A stretch of 64,000 nt of DNA, taken from positions 136,028,001 to 136,092,000 of the forward strand of contig NC_042997.1 in the NCBI RefSeq assembly GCF_006345805.1, given 5' to 3'. The translations under genes and the position numbers were made by a program. The notes below the pieces were generated by a model. That model ran no database searches and had not been told where the DNA came from. It was given only the letters and a program-made list of their open reading frames with translations. The DNA is from Octopus sinensis (taxonomy: Eukaryota). Shown here in pieces: positions 50,001 to 62,654 of this stretch (the first letter of the stretch is position 1; every line of letters starts with the position of its first letter).

Positions 50001-50845
50001 ACACACATGCACACACACATATACACACAGACACATTAGCCATATAGTTTGTTATTTTTTCTTAGGGGTGAGTTTGTGCTATATTCTTTAGTTTTGTGAG
50101 ATCCACACTTCTTCGCAAAAATATATAGTGCACAGAGTATGAGATATAGAACCTATTCAGGAAGTGAACTGAAAGAAGTTGGTAAATCGTAGAAGTAAAT
50201 CCAGTCAGTACACCTTCAATAGTCTTAAATGCGGTAGTGTATTATCTATTCAGGATACACTTAGATCAGATAACATGAAATATTTAAATGACTCCATTAC
50301 ATAACATTTGCAGAAGATATTTTTTCAGAGTTTGGGTACGATCTCTAGTATTGGCAGATATCTTGCGGCTTTATTTAAAAAAAAACAGATTGATACGATA
50401 GTCATGAACTTATGAGTTTATTATTTATTTCAATACGAAACGTTTAAACTCTGAATTTTTCTTATGTATATGACGTATTCGAAACTACCAAGAATGCACG
50501 AAGATATACATACTTTGCATTGTCATATGATTTCTGTAACTGCCATTTGGTCATCTAGTCATCGTTGTTAGTTGACATTATCATATTTATTTGAACACAA
50601 AAACAAAATAAAAATCTACTATATTCAACGAAGATTTACAGCTAACATAATACTGTTATCTTTTACTCGTCAAATAGTTTTGCTTGTCAACTACACTATC
50701 ATATGACAGACTAATCTGCCGTATTGATTAAATTTCAGTCGTGAAGAAGATATTAATGTATTGTGTATTAATTCTTATTCCCATAACATCAAACTTTAAG
50801 AATGAATCGCTAAAGTATGTTCTCTTTGTTCATTCAGGCAATATG

Positions 50846-50891
<46 letters not shown>

Positions 50892-52492
50892 TGTGTGGTG
50901 TGTGTGTGTGTGTGTGTGTGTGCTATGTGTGTTATATAAACCACAATTCTTGTTAAATTATTATAACTTTATCTTTACTCTCTTAGCTGACCGAGTGTAT
51001 TCCTACTTCCTACTTGTTGAAGCATTACCACATAATATATATATATATACTCATTACAGATATAGGGTGAAAGATAATTAACTTAATAAAATCAACAAAT
51101 TTCACCTAGTAGTATTTCGGTATGGAAAAGGACCATATTCGGTAAAAACTTATATAATTATAACAATAAGGGTTTGCAACAAGTTGCATGACCACATACC
51201 GAAAGTTTTTAATATATTTTTAATATTTAAAATGATTCTGAATTTAACTGTTGAATAGATATTGAATCATACTAATTGTGACGCATGGCTACTGAAACTC
51301 TTATATTCATCACGAAAATTGTGAATATAACGTCTCACCAAAGGGAACATTTTCAATATCAAATGGAATTATCGTTGCACTCACATTCAGATATACGGGA
51401 AAACAACAAGTAGCATATGAAACAGGAATGTACAGAACATGAAGTGAGAATGACGGCAGTTGTATAAACTTAATGATGCAATGGAAACCGCTCAAACAAA
51501 CACGATGTTATGTCAAACAGAAAAGTAAATAAAAGGACAAACTGCATGAATTAATAAGAAATAGCTGTCGAGAAATATGAGAAACGCTTATATCTTATAG
51601 TGGTCAGACCAACAATGTTGATGATGATGATGATGATGATGTATAAGAGGAGGAGAAGCAGAAAGATGGGGTTAGATATGAATATAGTGATGAGGAGGAC
51701 GAGTGAGAATGAAAATGATGATTTTCATCGCTGCTACAAGAGTAATTACTATCGTTATCATCATCATCGCCATCTCCATCATCAGCATTATTATCTCCAC
51801 TGTATTATGTCGCAAGTAAGATTTAATTTACAAATCTGAATAGAATATCTTCTTGAAGAAAATCAGGGCATTTCAGATAATATCTATTGTTCATTGTTGT
51901 TGAGGTTTATTTTGGAGAGGGGTGAGTCGTTAGAATTTATCAAATCACCATCTTTGTAAGAGCTGATTAAAGTTCATTAAAATTTACTACTTTTGTTTTT
52001 TTGTCAACCAATGTTATCAAAAAAGGTCTGTCGGATGTGTTTGGATACTTTATCAATTAACCTATCTTTTTATATCCGTTGTATGCAGCATCTGGTTGAT
52101 AACATCACATAAATTATTCTGATTTGATATATGGCCTGCAAAAGTCAGCCGTATGATAAACTAGTTTCAGTTAAATGCACATTAAAAAATTTTTTTATGG
52201 TTCACTAAGAGAACGTTCTCTAGCAATATTCAGGAAATAGTACCGACTTTCAATATTTTCTCCGACCCGCTAATGATTCATAATCACAAAGGTATATTGC
52301 TTTTATAACAATGCAAATATGAAATTTTGGCTTTAGTGGTTTTCATTGCCATCCGGTTTCTCAGCTCTGCTACATCACATCTCTTTGCTCTTCACCTCAC
52401 TGTTTTTGTCTTTTTTATTTCTTGTTATTATTTTAGGACACTCCATAAAACGTTCAGTCACCTTTCGTGATTTTATTCTTTAAAAGTGATCG

Positions 52493-52591
52493 TATTACAA
52501 CTGGAAATTTCATTCGGCAAATCGACTCCATTAAGCATTCTTGAGCAGATCACAAACACAACAATAGTTTTACGTATGTGCGCACACGCAT

Positions 52592-52642
<51 letters not shown>

Positions 52643-52766
52643 TTTGTGTGTGTGTGTGTGTGTGTGCATGCGTGTGCGCACATACGTAAAACTATTGTTG
52701 TGTTTGTGATCTGCTCAAGAATGCTTAATGGAGTCGATTTGCCGAATGAAATTTCCAGTTGTAATA
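52493..52766. repeat. Palindrome A: identical 100-bp arms around (CA)24-AATT-(TG)11
   Basis: 52493-52592 is the exact reverse complement of 52667-52766. The ORF track shows the same peptide on both strands. Confidence 0.97.
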
Positions 52767-53228
52767 GTTTAGTCCTGTCAATTTTGAAACACTTAACAAT
52801 TACATTATGATATAACTCCATGTGCAGCCTTGTCCTACGGTGCTAGCATAAAGCCTGAGCATTTCAGTAAATGTGCCACCACTCAATAAACTCATTTTTT
52901 TGTATTTCACATAAGTAACTTTCAATGTGTATGTTACATTTGTTACGTATGATACATACACACAGATAAACACACACACACACACCACACACACACACAA
53001 ATTGTGTGTGTGTGTGTGTGTGTGTTTATCTGTGTGTATGTATCATACGTAACAAATGTAACATACACATTGAAAGTTACTTATGTGAAATACAAAAAGA
53101 TGAGTTTATTGAGTGGTGGCACATTTACTGAAATGCTCAGGCTTTATGCTAGCACCGTAGGACAAGGCTGCACATGGAGTTATATCATAATGTAATTGTT
53201 AAGTGTTTCAAAATTGACAGGACTAAAC
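52767..53228. repeat. Palindrome B: 204-bp arms (1 mismatch) around (CA)n-AAT-(TG)n
   Basis: 52767-52970 compared with the reverse complement of 53025-53228. It directly abuts palindrome A. Confidence 0.97.
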
Positions 53229-54894
53229 TTAAAGCCTAGATTGAATGGATTCTGCCAGACTTCTTATCTATAATTACGCTAATTTGAGACATAGTCTTTA
53301 ATGAGATTCATTTTAATCTTAAGCATTAGGCATTCAAATATTTTAAATTCCTCGCTAAAAGAAGTGACTTTTGCATAAGATATCTACTAAAATTAGATTT
53401 GTTTTCATTTATTTTTATGTATAACCTTTCAGCTATTCAGTGCAAGTGTTAAGCTCTGGGCGGAACGAATCCGCCCTTCCATTTCGTTCAGGTTGCACAT
53501 ATATACTTCAGTTTGTCTTTCAGTATGACTGAATATTACCTTACTACATCCATCTGTACTCAGTCTTGCTCAAGTTCATTTTAAGTCTCTTTTTCTGAGA
53601 AATAGTGCTGAAATATGTACTATGGTTGATTCACTTGACTTTGTCCCATTACTAATAAGTTTGATAACAGCAAATAAATCTCCATTTTCAACACCTTCAA
53701 GTGAGATATAATTCTTTTATGCATTATTCTTAATGTTTTTTTTTGTTTTGTTGTTGTTGTTTTGTTTTTTTTGTTTTGGTGGGGGGGTTGCAATATGTGT
53801 GAATCTGCGTCATTAAAATACTGATATTTATTGATCAAGGTGAGTAATGGGATAGAAAAATTCACCCAATGCAGGATTTGAACTCAAGTCCTATAAGATT
53901 GAGAATAAATACTACAAGGTAATTGAGTTCGTGTCACCTCCCAGTTCTACCATTCGCCACCCTCTTCTAAGTTTCGTAATTGATGAAATGTTCGTAATCT
54001 TAGATTAGTTGAAGGAACTTCTCAAGTTTTCTTGCATATCCGGTAATTAGGTTTATTAAATTCTCACATTACTTTCTGATGAGTATCATCAATAAACTTT
54101 TCAAGTGAATGCAACGAATTAAATGGAAGTTTCGATGATAACAGTTGTCGAAGGTCAATGTTCTTCTACCTTAGGCTAAAAGATATTCAAAAGATGAGTC
54201 AAATATTATATTATCCCTGATCACTAAACCTTTTGTGATTTCATACATTTTCCATCTGAGCAATTCATAAAGCAATTACGTAATAAAATTAATTACAAAA
54301 CTAATTTTGCAAAGTAATCCCATCAAAATTTCTAACATTTTATATTTCTTGTAGTGGTAAAAAATTTTTTAAATAAAGGACAATTCTTTAGAGTGTCGTT
54401 TACACTTTAACTGTGATTTGACAGATTAATGATCCATGTAGCAACCATAATGTAAATTAGTTTTAGCTATTATTTCTATAAGACCTCCGTTAACACTGCC
54501 TAACGTAGAAATCCATAATTACGTTCATTGGTAAATTAATTGATAATGAAAAAGACCAATATAATACTTTTTAAAAATACGTATTCAAAGACACCTTTTT
54601 GTGAAATACTTTGAATATTTTAGTAATTATATAAAGGAGATTTCAAAATTTCTCAGATAAAGACATGATTTTGTGTTACAGGTACAAGGTTTTAGATTTA
54701 TAACTGACAGGTAAAATTATGAAGCACACATGTTTGTGTTGTTTAGTCATAATTTGGTCCTACTCTAGAAGCCGCATTATCAAAAAGCGTTTAAACCATA
54801 AGCCTCCCTTCTTTGCGTTTCCAAAAATAATTCAACATCGAAGTACATTATCTAGTATGTACTTTTTTAAGAGTGTTGGGTGTAGTTTGATGTA

Positions 54895-56103
54895 TATTTG
54901 ACTGAGTCAAAAGTTTTGCAATATTATAGCAATTTATTTTCTTTATTGGTCAAGTTACAATAAAAGCTAACTAGCATTCAAAGTAGAGGCCATCAAGTTG
55001 CACAGTCAGACGCCACCTTTCTGCCAGGTCTTTCATACCAGGTTAACACCAGTTCTTGTCCTTCGGGACGAAGAACTCTTTTACTAAAACTTTTCACTTC
55101 CTCTTAATTTATGAAGCGTCTCGAGCGCAAGACGATTGGATTCGAACAAGAAATTATCCGAAGGAGCTAGATCCAGATTGCATGCTGGGTATGGCATCAG
55201 TTCGATTCATTCACGTCCCTAGAGTTTATTCGGGTTGGTCAAGCGGTGTGAGGTCTTGCGTTGTCTTATTTGCTTTTTGTTAACTAATACCGGGTACATT
55301 GGCCGCACAATGGCATAAATCTATACTAGCTGTTCAAAATACAGATTGGCATCGATGGTTCGACCGTTCGAAACTAACTCTTCGTGATTTTTACTCTCAT
55401 AATTCCACCAGACACATGTTTGGTAAGAGGTTCCGGAAGATGACCGTTACTTAACCACTGATTATGCACGCTAGGATTGCAGAAAAATATCTACTTTTCA
55501 TCGCACATTCTTATTTTCTTGGGGAAACGCAGATAGTGCGAGTTTGGGTTTTCCAGTTCCTTAGAAACATCCACTCACCTCTGTTATAGAACTGGGGTCA
55601 GTTTGTGAAGTATAATTCGGCAGCTCTAGATACTTTTACCGAGGCCATGAAGGTGACGAACCACACTGGACTGTTAGATACCGAGCTCGCTTGATATTCT
55701 CCGAGTGCTAGTCACCGGATTTGTCACAATCGCTTGGATCACGGCCTCGAAATCCGCGATTTTGTTCCTACCTGACCTTCTCTAATCGTCGAGGTTCTTA
55801 CAAACCCAATTTCTCGAATCATCTGGTTACTGTACTGTGATAAACTCCGCTTTTACCTCTCGTACAACAAATGTTTTTGGCTGCCTCTGCAGTATCATGG
55901 ACCTGTTCGAATTCGTAAAGCATACTTTCCCGAATTAGACTACGTTGCACGTTCATCTGTGCAGCATTCAAACTACATACGGAGTGAAGCAACGCACAAC
56001 CTTTCAGCGCACCTAATATCACGATACTACCAACGGCAGCGGCTACCTTCCACGTCTTGAACTACTTCGGACACGGGACATACACGTCACAAACTGGCTC
56101 GTA
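54895..56103 (-). mobile_element. Degenerate mariner transposon
   Basis: Minus strand: MLYEFE..AEAAKNICC..HSTVTR, RSGR, STRRISSELG, CDEK*IF, DNARPH, DLAPSDNFLF, LAERW. Many stops. The terminus at 56103 reads TACGAGCCAG. Confidence 0.8.
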
Positions 56104-57711
56104 TGCAAATGTTTCAATCATTTGGCTCGCCTTTGTAGAATTCTTGTAATTTTAATGACGTTAGCGAATTTAAATTGGTACAAATAAGAATGAAAACTGA
56201 GCGTAAACATTATTCGTCAGAATGAAATCTGTAAAATTTATATGATGAAGTTATTTAAGTTATATAAACTGTATGGTTTTTAAAAAAATCTGTATATTTA
56301 ATAAGTACTGTACAGGCTTGAATTTGTACCAAACGGGATCGAACTTGCATGTATTGAATTATTTATCTTCATTTAAAACCCTCCAACTCACCAAGTTCAT
56401 CGAAGAAGAACCTCATGAATACCTCTTTTAGTATACAAGCTTCATTCTTTAACAGATCTTGTTAGTCCTAAACTTACCACGTTTGCCGTGGACACGCAAA
56501 AGCTTTAATACTGTCACGCTGTAACTACGTTCAAAATATATAAATCTGTCCACCTAACAGCTACGATAATACATAGGTTTAGTTCGAATTCAGTTTTGGT
56601 CCCCTTTACTCAAGTAGCTGCCATAATTAAATAATTATCAGAACTCATTATCTAAGCACTCTACATGTAAAAGCCCGTGGTATTTTCATTTGAGAATTTT
56701 CTTGAAATTTGATCTATACTCTAACCTTAAAAAAGGCCTTGTCACCTTTATACAATTACATTTTTCTTAACTCACAAAATATGGAAATCCCACTGACCTA
56801 AGAAGCAGTACTTCATTAAGGTTTGTTTCATAAGTTTACAGTAGATTATACAAGAAATCGAGAGATATCTGCTCTAATATTCTATCTCAGACCAGGTTGC
56901 TCAAATCAAAATATAAATTCTTGTAACTATCTCAAACTATCAATCAATCTATAATAGTATCACACATGCAAGTCTGTGTGAAATATAAAAATCAATCAGA
57001 TACATCCACCAATATTGTATGAGATCTATTGACCTCATAATAGTGCTTCCCATCTTATATTCATGGATAGAATTTCGACTCAGTAATGCAAATAAAAAGT
57101 AAAACATTCATCAATTTATTTGTCACTACTCTTCTATGGTAGGTATTTCAGTTTAGGCATAAGTGTCTGTATTATTCAAATAAACTTTACTAATATCGTG
57201 ATTGGAAGTGTTAACCTTTTGAATTCTAGGTCGCTAGATATTTTATGTCCTTGTGGAGTCAAACAGTAAGATTTAAATTTCAGTTATCAATCATTGTAAA
57301 CAGTTGAATTTTTTTTATTGACAAGAATACACAGTATGTATGTGTTTGTATATGTGTGTGCATGTATGTGTCTGCGTCTCTGTGTGTGTGTACGAATAAA
57401 CTAACAGTACAATTGTTATATATCAACACACTGTAAATAAGTTGGTATCGTTTAACAATAGAAGAAAACGTTTACATATTACATTTTTTAGATTCCGAAG
57501 AACAAATATAAAACCGGATAACATAGAAATCTTCCTATATTTTTGTCATAGTCCGGCTAAAGTTTCTGGTTTATTTTCATTGAATGCAATGTGATATTTC
57601 TAAATTACAGGAACGTTTTTTTTTTAACATTATCTAGCCGTGATTGTTGAACTCTTGATTTTTTTTTATCTTCATCGCTTATCTAATATTGTGCTAAGAT
57701 GGGAAGTAAAA

Positions 57712-57857
57712 GAAGAAGAAGAAGAAGAAGAAGAAGAAGAAGAAGAAGAAGAAGAAGAAGAAGAAGAAGAAGAAGAAGAAGAAGAAGAAGAAGAAGAAGA
57801 AGAAGAAGAAGAAGAAGAAGAAGAAGAAGAAGAAGAAGAAGAAGAAGAAGAAGAAGA
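57712..57857 (+). repeat. Pure (GAA)n microsatellite, about 48 units
   Basis: Direct reading. Confidence 0.97.
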
Positions 57858-58334
57858 CAAGGAGGAGTCCGGAGATGACGATTTAAGAGATAATTTACAG
57901 AGTTTAAGATGGATAAAGGCGATTAATGAGATGCTTTATATTGGTATTTTCTCTTTCAAACAAGTTTGAGGAACGGATGTACCACAGAGAATCTTTGATT
58001 ATATTATCCTCAATTTACATTTTCACGTATATTAACTCTTTTTTTTTCTTTCTCATAACTAACTTGCCTATATCCTATTCACTGGATCAGATAAGGAATG
58101 AAAATAATAAAGTTCTGCTGTCTCACCTAATACATAATAATAGGCTCCCTTGACTAATTTCGTCAGAACGCCATTGATACGAAATTTTCTTTATATTTGA
58201 TCAAGGAAATAGTAGTTTTAAGTAACAAATTATCTGAATTGAGCACATAGACACACGAACACAAACGTATGCATTTGTGTGTACGTGTTTGTGTATGTGT
58301 GTATTTATACGTATATATATACGTATATATATAC

Positions 58335-58373
<39 letters not shown>

Positions 58374-58404
58374 GTGTGTGTGTGTGTGTGTGTGTCTGTG
58401 TCTC

Positions 58405-58447
<43 letters not shown>

Positions 58448-58619
58448 ATGTATATACATATATATATGTATATATAAAATATAAATTAGAGATAAAACCA
58501 CAATTATGCAACTCAAACAGTGATAGACATAAACCAATACGTATATATACATATATGCATTGTTATGTTTTCAATATATAATAGGGTTGAGCAGAATATC
58601 ACAAATTCGAAATATAACA

Positions 58620-58672
<53 letters not shown>

Positions 58673-58758
58673 TTATGAATTTGTGTTGCAAGCTTCCTAA
58701 TGTGAAGTCATGTTGAAACAGATGTTGTATTTCGGGATGGGTTTTTTTTTTCCCCAAA

Positions 58759-59201
58759 ATAAACACAGACACTATATATTCGTTCGTCACTCGTTTATTA
58801 CTCTTCTTATTCTAACTCATGTCCATTATCTGGAAATCTTTCAACACATATCTGTGACCTCCTCAGTGACATTTTCCGTCTTCGTGTGTACTCTTGCTCT
58901 GCTTATTCCATTCACGTCAAGAAATCCGCAAGTGGGCTGCTTAAACTCATACGGCGCACAAAAAATAGGGACTCGGTGTGCTTTCCTACGGACAAGTCCG
59001 GCAGAATGTCGACACATAGCCAGCTGAACTACACCCAGGCCGAAGAGAATGGCACAAGCAGAGCAAGAGCACACACGATGACGGAATGTGTCGGTGTGGG
59101 TGTTATAGATGTGTGACGAAAGATTTCCAGACAATGGACATGAGTTAGAATAAGAACAGTAATAAACGAATAAAGTAAGAATATATAGTGCGTGTGTTTA
59201 T
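58759..59201. repeat. Inverted repeat with ~145-bp arms enclosing a PLE-like coding remnant
   Basis: Imperfect arms 58759-58904 and 59056-59201. The spacer encodes GLLKLIRRTKNRDSVCFPTDKSGRM, similar to the TDKSG motif upstream of PLE RTs. Confidence 0.75.
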
Positions 59202-59215
59202 CTGGCAAAAACATG

Positions 59216-59607
59216 ACCAACATGGTTCTGGATTCAGTCCCACAGCGAGACACCTTGGGCAAGTGTCTTCCACAATAGCCTCGGACCGACCAAAACCTTA
59301 TGAGTGGATTTGGCAGACAGAAACTGAAAGAAGCAGGTTGTATATATACATATATATATGTATATATATGTATGTGTCTGTATGTGTTTGTGTGTCTGTG
59401 TTTAACACCTCAACATCGCTTGACAACCGATGCTGGTGTATTTACGTCCCCGTAACTTAACAGTTCGGCAAAAGAGACCGATAGAATAAATAATAGGTTT
59501 GCAGAGAATAAATCCTAGGGGATCGGTTTGCTCGACTGGAAGCAGTGCTCCAGTATGGCCGCAGTCAAATGACTGAAGCAAGTAAAAGAATAGAAGAATA
59601 AAAGAAT
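59216..59607 (+). mobile_element. SINE family B, 5'-truncated
   Basis: Begins at CATGGTTCTGGATTCAGTCCC. Family B body and tail GCAGTCAAATGACTGAAGCAAGTAAAAGAAT. Confidence 0.85.
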
Positions 59608-59638
59608 CCCGAAATACAACAATATATATATATATATT

Positions 59639-59691
<53 letters not shown>

Positions 59692-61135
59692 ATGTATATA
59701 CATATATATATTCTCCTACGTAGAATATATTATAGATTTCAGCCAACTTTTGAGAGTTTATTATTTTTTCCTCTTAATTCGTTTTCTTTCTGTTTTTGTC
59801 TTTTTATGAAAGTGAGATGTTTTTATTTGTTTTTGTTTGTCTGTGTTTCGTATTCTGTTTTCAATTCTTTGAAACGGAGATTAATGCTGTCAAACTAGTC
59901 AATACTTAATTCTTTGCGTGAAGTTGATCAAATTGAAACAGATGGCCCAATATTTCATTTGATTAGTTAAATTATATCGGATAATGGTTCATATTTTCCA
60001 ATAATTTTCAACTGAACTGGGTCACAAAGGTTTACATAAGCTATGTACTTGTAGAGACCCAATCTAAAGCCCCAATTCTCATAGACCAAAATAACTTTCA
60101 CTGCTGATAAAAACAGGTCATGATTAGGTTGAGATAAGAGATGCTTAGGTGGCCGATTGAAACGAACTCACTGACATTACGTTACTAACGACATTTTGAT
60201 GTGAATAAATAGCACATCTTTATCCTCTTTGGCTACGAAGATTCTACGAGGGAAAGGGGGCAAGTTAGTTCTTTGTCCTCTTGTATATTTGTCACTTGGT
60301 GTTTATCTCATCCACAACTCTCTTCATCAATCAATCTCTGTTATCATGTATGCATGTACATGTATATATGTGTGTACGTGCGTGCGTAAGTGAGTGTGCA
60401 TGTATATGTCTTTGTACGCAGTATGTGTGAGGGTGCATGCTGTTTTAAAAATACAACTGTGTTTTAAGTTTTATGTTCTTATCAAAATTTCTTAAATATT
60501 TTTGTATGAGTTCCTCGTACTTAGAAGTATTGGAAATTGTAAATTTAATCATTTATTTTGCAACTCTTTCAAGTCTCACCTTCAGGATGCAGTGACATTA
60601 TCAACTACAACGATGTTTTTTTTATGATTTAGGCGGTCGTTTTTTCTTGGTTTATATGAGTACCAGTAATCTATACGAGCCGGGTGAATCGATTATGTTC
60701 CCATCTCAAACAATAACTTACCTTTTCCAAAATTTGAATCATCGATATTCAGTATTTCCGCAACTAGCACAAATATTGCAGTTGACGCTATTTTTACCAT
60801 GTCTATGTAATATAATCATTACCATCAAGTTCATCTGCAAAATCATCTTATCATCCTCATCAACATCATTATCATCACCATCATCATCATCATGATAAAC
60901 AGCAACAGCAGCAGAAGCAGCAGCATCAATAGCAACAACAACAAGAAACTATTTGAAAAATGACTGGAGAAATTGCCAATGGATATATTTTGAAACGTCA
61001 AGAATTATGTTGCAAAATAATTTTTTTTTTTTTTACATCCTGAACGTAAGAAAATACAAAACCGTGTTGATGAATCACCGATATTTGAGATATTTTAAAA
61101 TATCCGGAGTTGTTTCTTTATTTTATTTTACATAT

Positions 61136-61196
<61 letters not shown>

Positions 61197-62382
61197 ACAG
61201 AATCTAAAATTATTTTCGGATTTCGGTCGGTCTTTTGGGCTTTCAATATTTCATTGCGTTTTTGCGAAAGCTGTCAATAATATAAGTAGATTAATTCATG
61301 TTGAAGTATTTTGCAAGTGAACACTGGGGGAAGCGTTTAAGAGAGTAATGACACTGATGTCTTATTTTAGCTATCCAAACCAATCGGGCGCTGATGGTCC
61401 CCGTTTAAACTTACTGATATTTCTAATGCCTTTGGGAAAACAATTTTCTCAGTTTGTAATTTTGCCGACAGGCTATGGAGTTCTATAGAGTACTCCTTAA
61501 CTTTATACTTCGGAGCAAGCATTCGTCTTCTCATTTAAGCTCATAGTAGGATGTCGTTGATATTTACTTTAACGACGGGTGGAGATGCATGTTACTCACG
61601 CAAGACATCGATTCCATACAGCGCAGTACGGTTTCTTTATTTTCTGTTTCATATTCGAAATCAACAGAAGACTCTCTCACATCATTCATCACCAAATACT
61701 CTACAGTATCCATACGTTTCGGTTGTAATCATTTAGTATTAGAAAAACTGATGTATATGGAAATGCGTTGCTATTGTATTTGTATCTTATATTTTAAAGA
61801 TGTAGTTTATCTGGAACTAAGTTTCCCAATGTGCTCTTCCTTTTTCATGAGATACCATCATGCTCTTCCCAATGCGCTCTTCCTTTTTCATGAGGTATCA
61901 CACAGAGGCGTCATCGTTCTTTCAATTCACAACATGTAATAAGCGGAATTTTAATCATTAATTATAGGAATGCTTCTCAAAATTCGAATTGTTCCTATAT
62001 GCATAAATATCTCAGATAGTTTTCTCAAATACGAAACTACGCCTCATAAATTTTATAGTCTTGGACATCAAACTTACGCTATTTAATCACTATGCAGCTT
62101 GTAAGAGTTGCTACACTTGTTTAATTCTATTCTTTCCAAGCGTGCCCTTGCATTTGCATTAGCTATAATTGAAAATACTACACATTTAGTTTCTGGCTTT
62201 GAGGGAAAATATTTTAATAAACTTTCTTTTCCTTTTACTAGTCACAATCTTGGGTTATTGCCAAAAATGAAGGAAACAGCAATATGCGTATTATGTATGT
62301 ATGTTGTTTATGTATGTATATATGTATGTATGTATGTGTCTATGTATATAGATAGATAGATATATGTGTTTGTGTGTGTGTG

Positions 62383-62421
<39 letters not shown>

Positions 62422-62440
62422 TATATATATTTATTATATA

Positions 62441-62654
62441 GAAGGAGCTTCTACAGGACTAGAACTGTTTCATTCAAGAGAAATCTTCAGGAAGCTAGTT
62501 AACAAGAATTGTATTGGCATTTATACATTTAGGCAGGTTTAAAGGGGTGGTGGTGGGGGACTTTTTGGGGGTAGGCATAGCGCAAAATATCATACTTGGG
62601 GGAGTGGTCAAGGAGTCAGTGGTAAATTAGATAAAAGAATAAATAAAAAAATAA
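62441..62654 (-). mobile_element. Inverted terminal (pLTR) segment of the adjacent PLE
   Basis: G-rich on the plus strand, so C-rich like the PLE coding strand when reversed. It holds a canonical hammerhead and abuts (TA)n. Inverted 5' structures are typical of PLE insertions. Confidence 0.65.
62446..62496 (-). ncRNA. Type I hammerhead ribozyme with a canonical core
   Basis: AGCTTC-CTGAAGA-TTTCTCTTGAAT-GAAA-CAG-TTCTAGTC-CTG-TA-GAAGCT. 6-bp stem I, 3-bp stem II plus a U-U pair, stem III, GUA cleavage site. Confidence 0.75.

Noticed and set aside
56168-56333. 11-bp inverted ends TTGGTACAAAT/ATTTGTACCAA
   Set aside because: Too short, in AT-rich DNA, and no TSD was recognised.
61823-61905. 43-bp-period tandem duplication
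   Set aside because: A two-copy local duplication with no further structure. It is not CRISPR-like.
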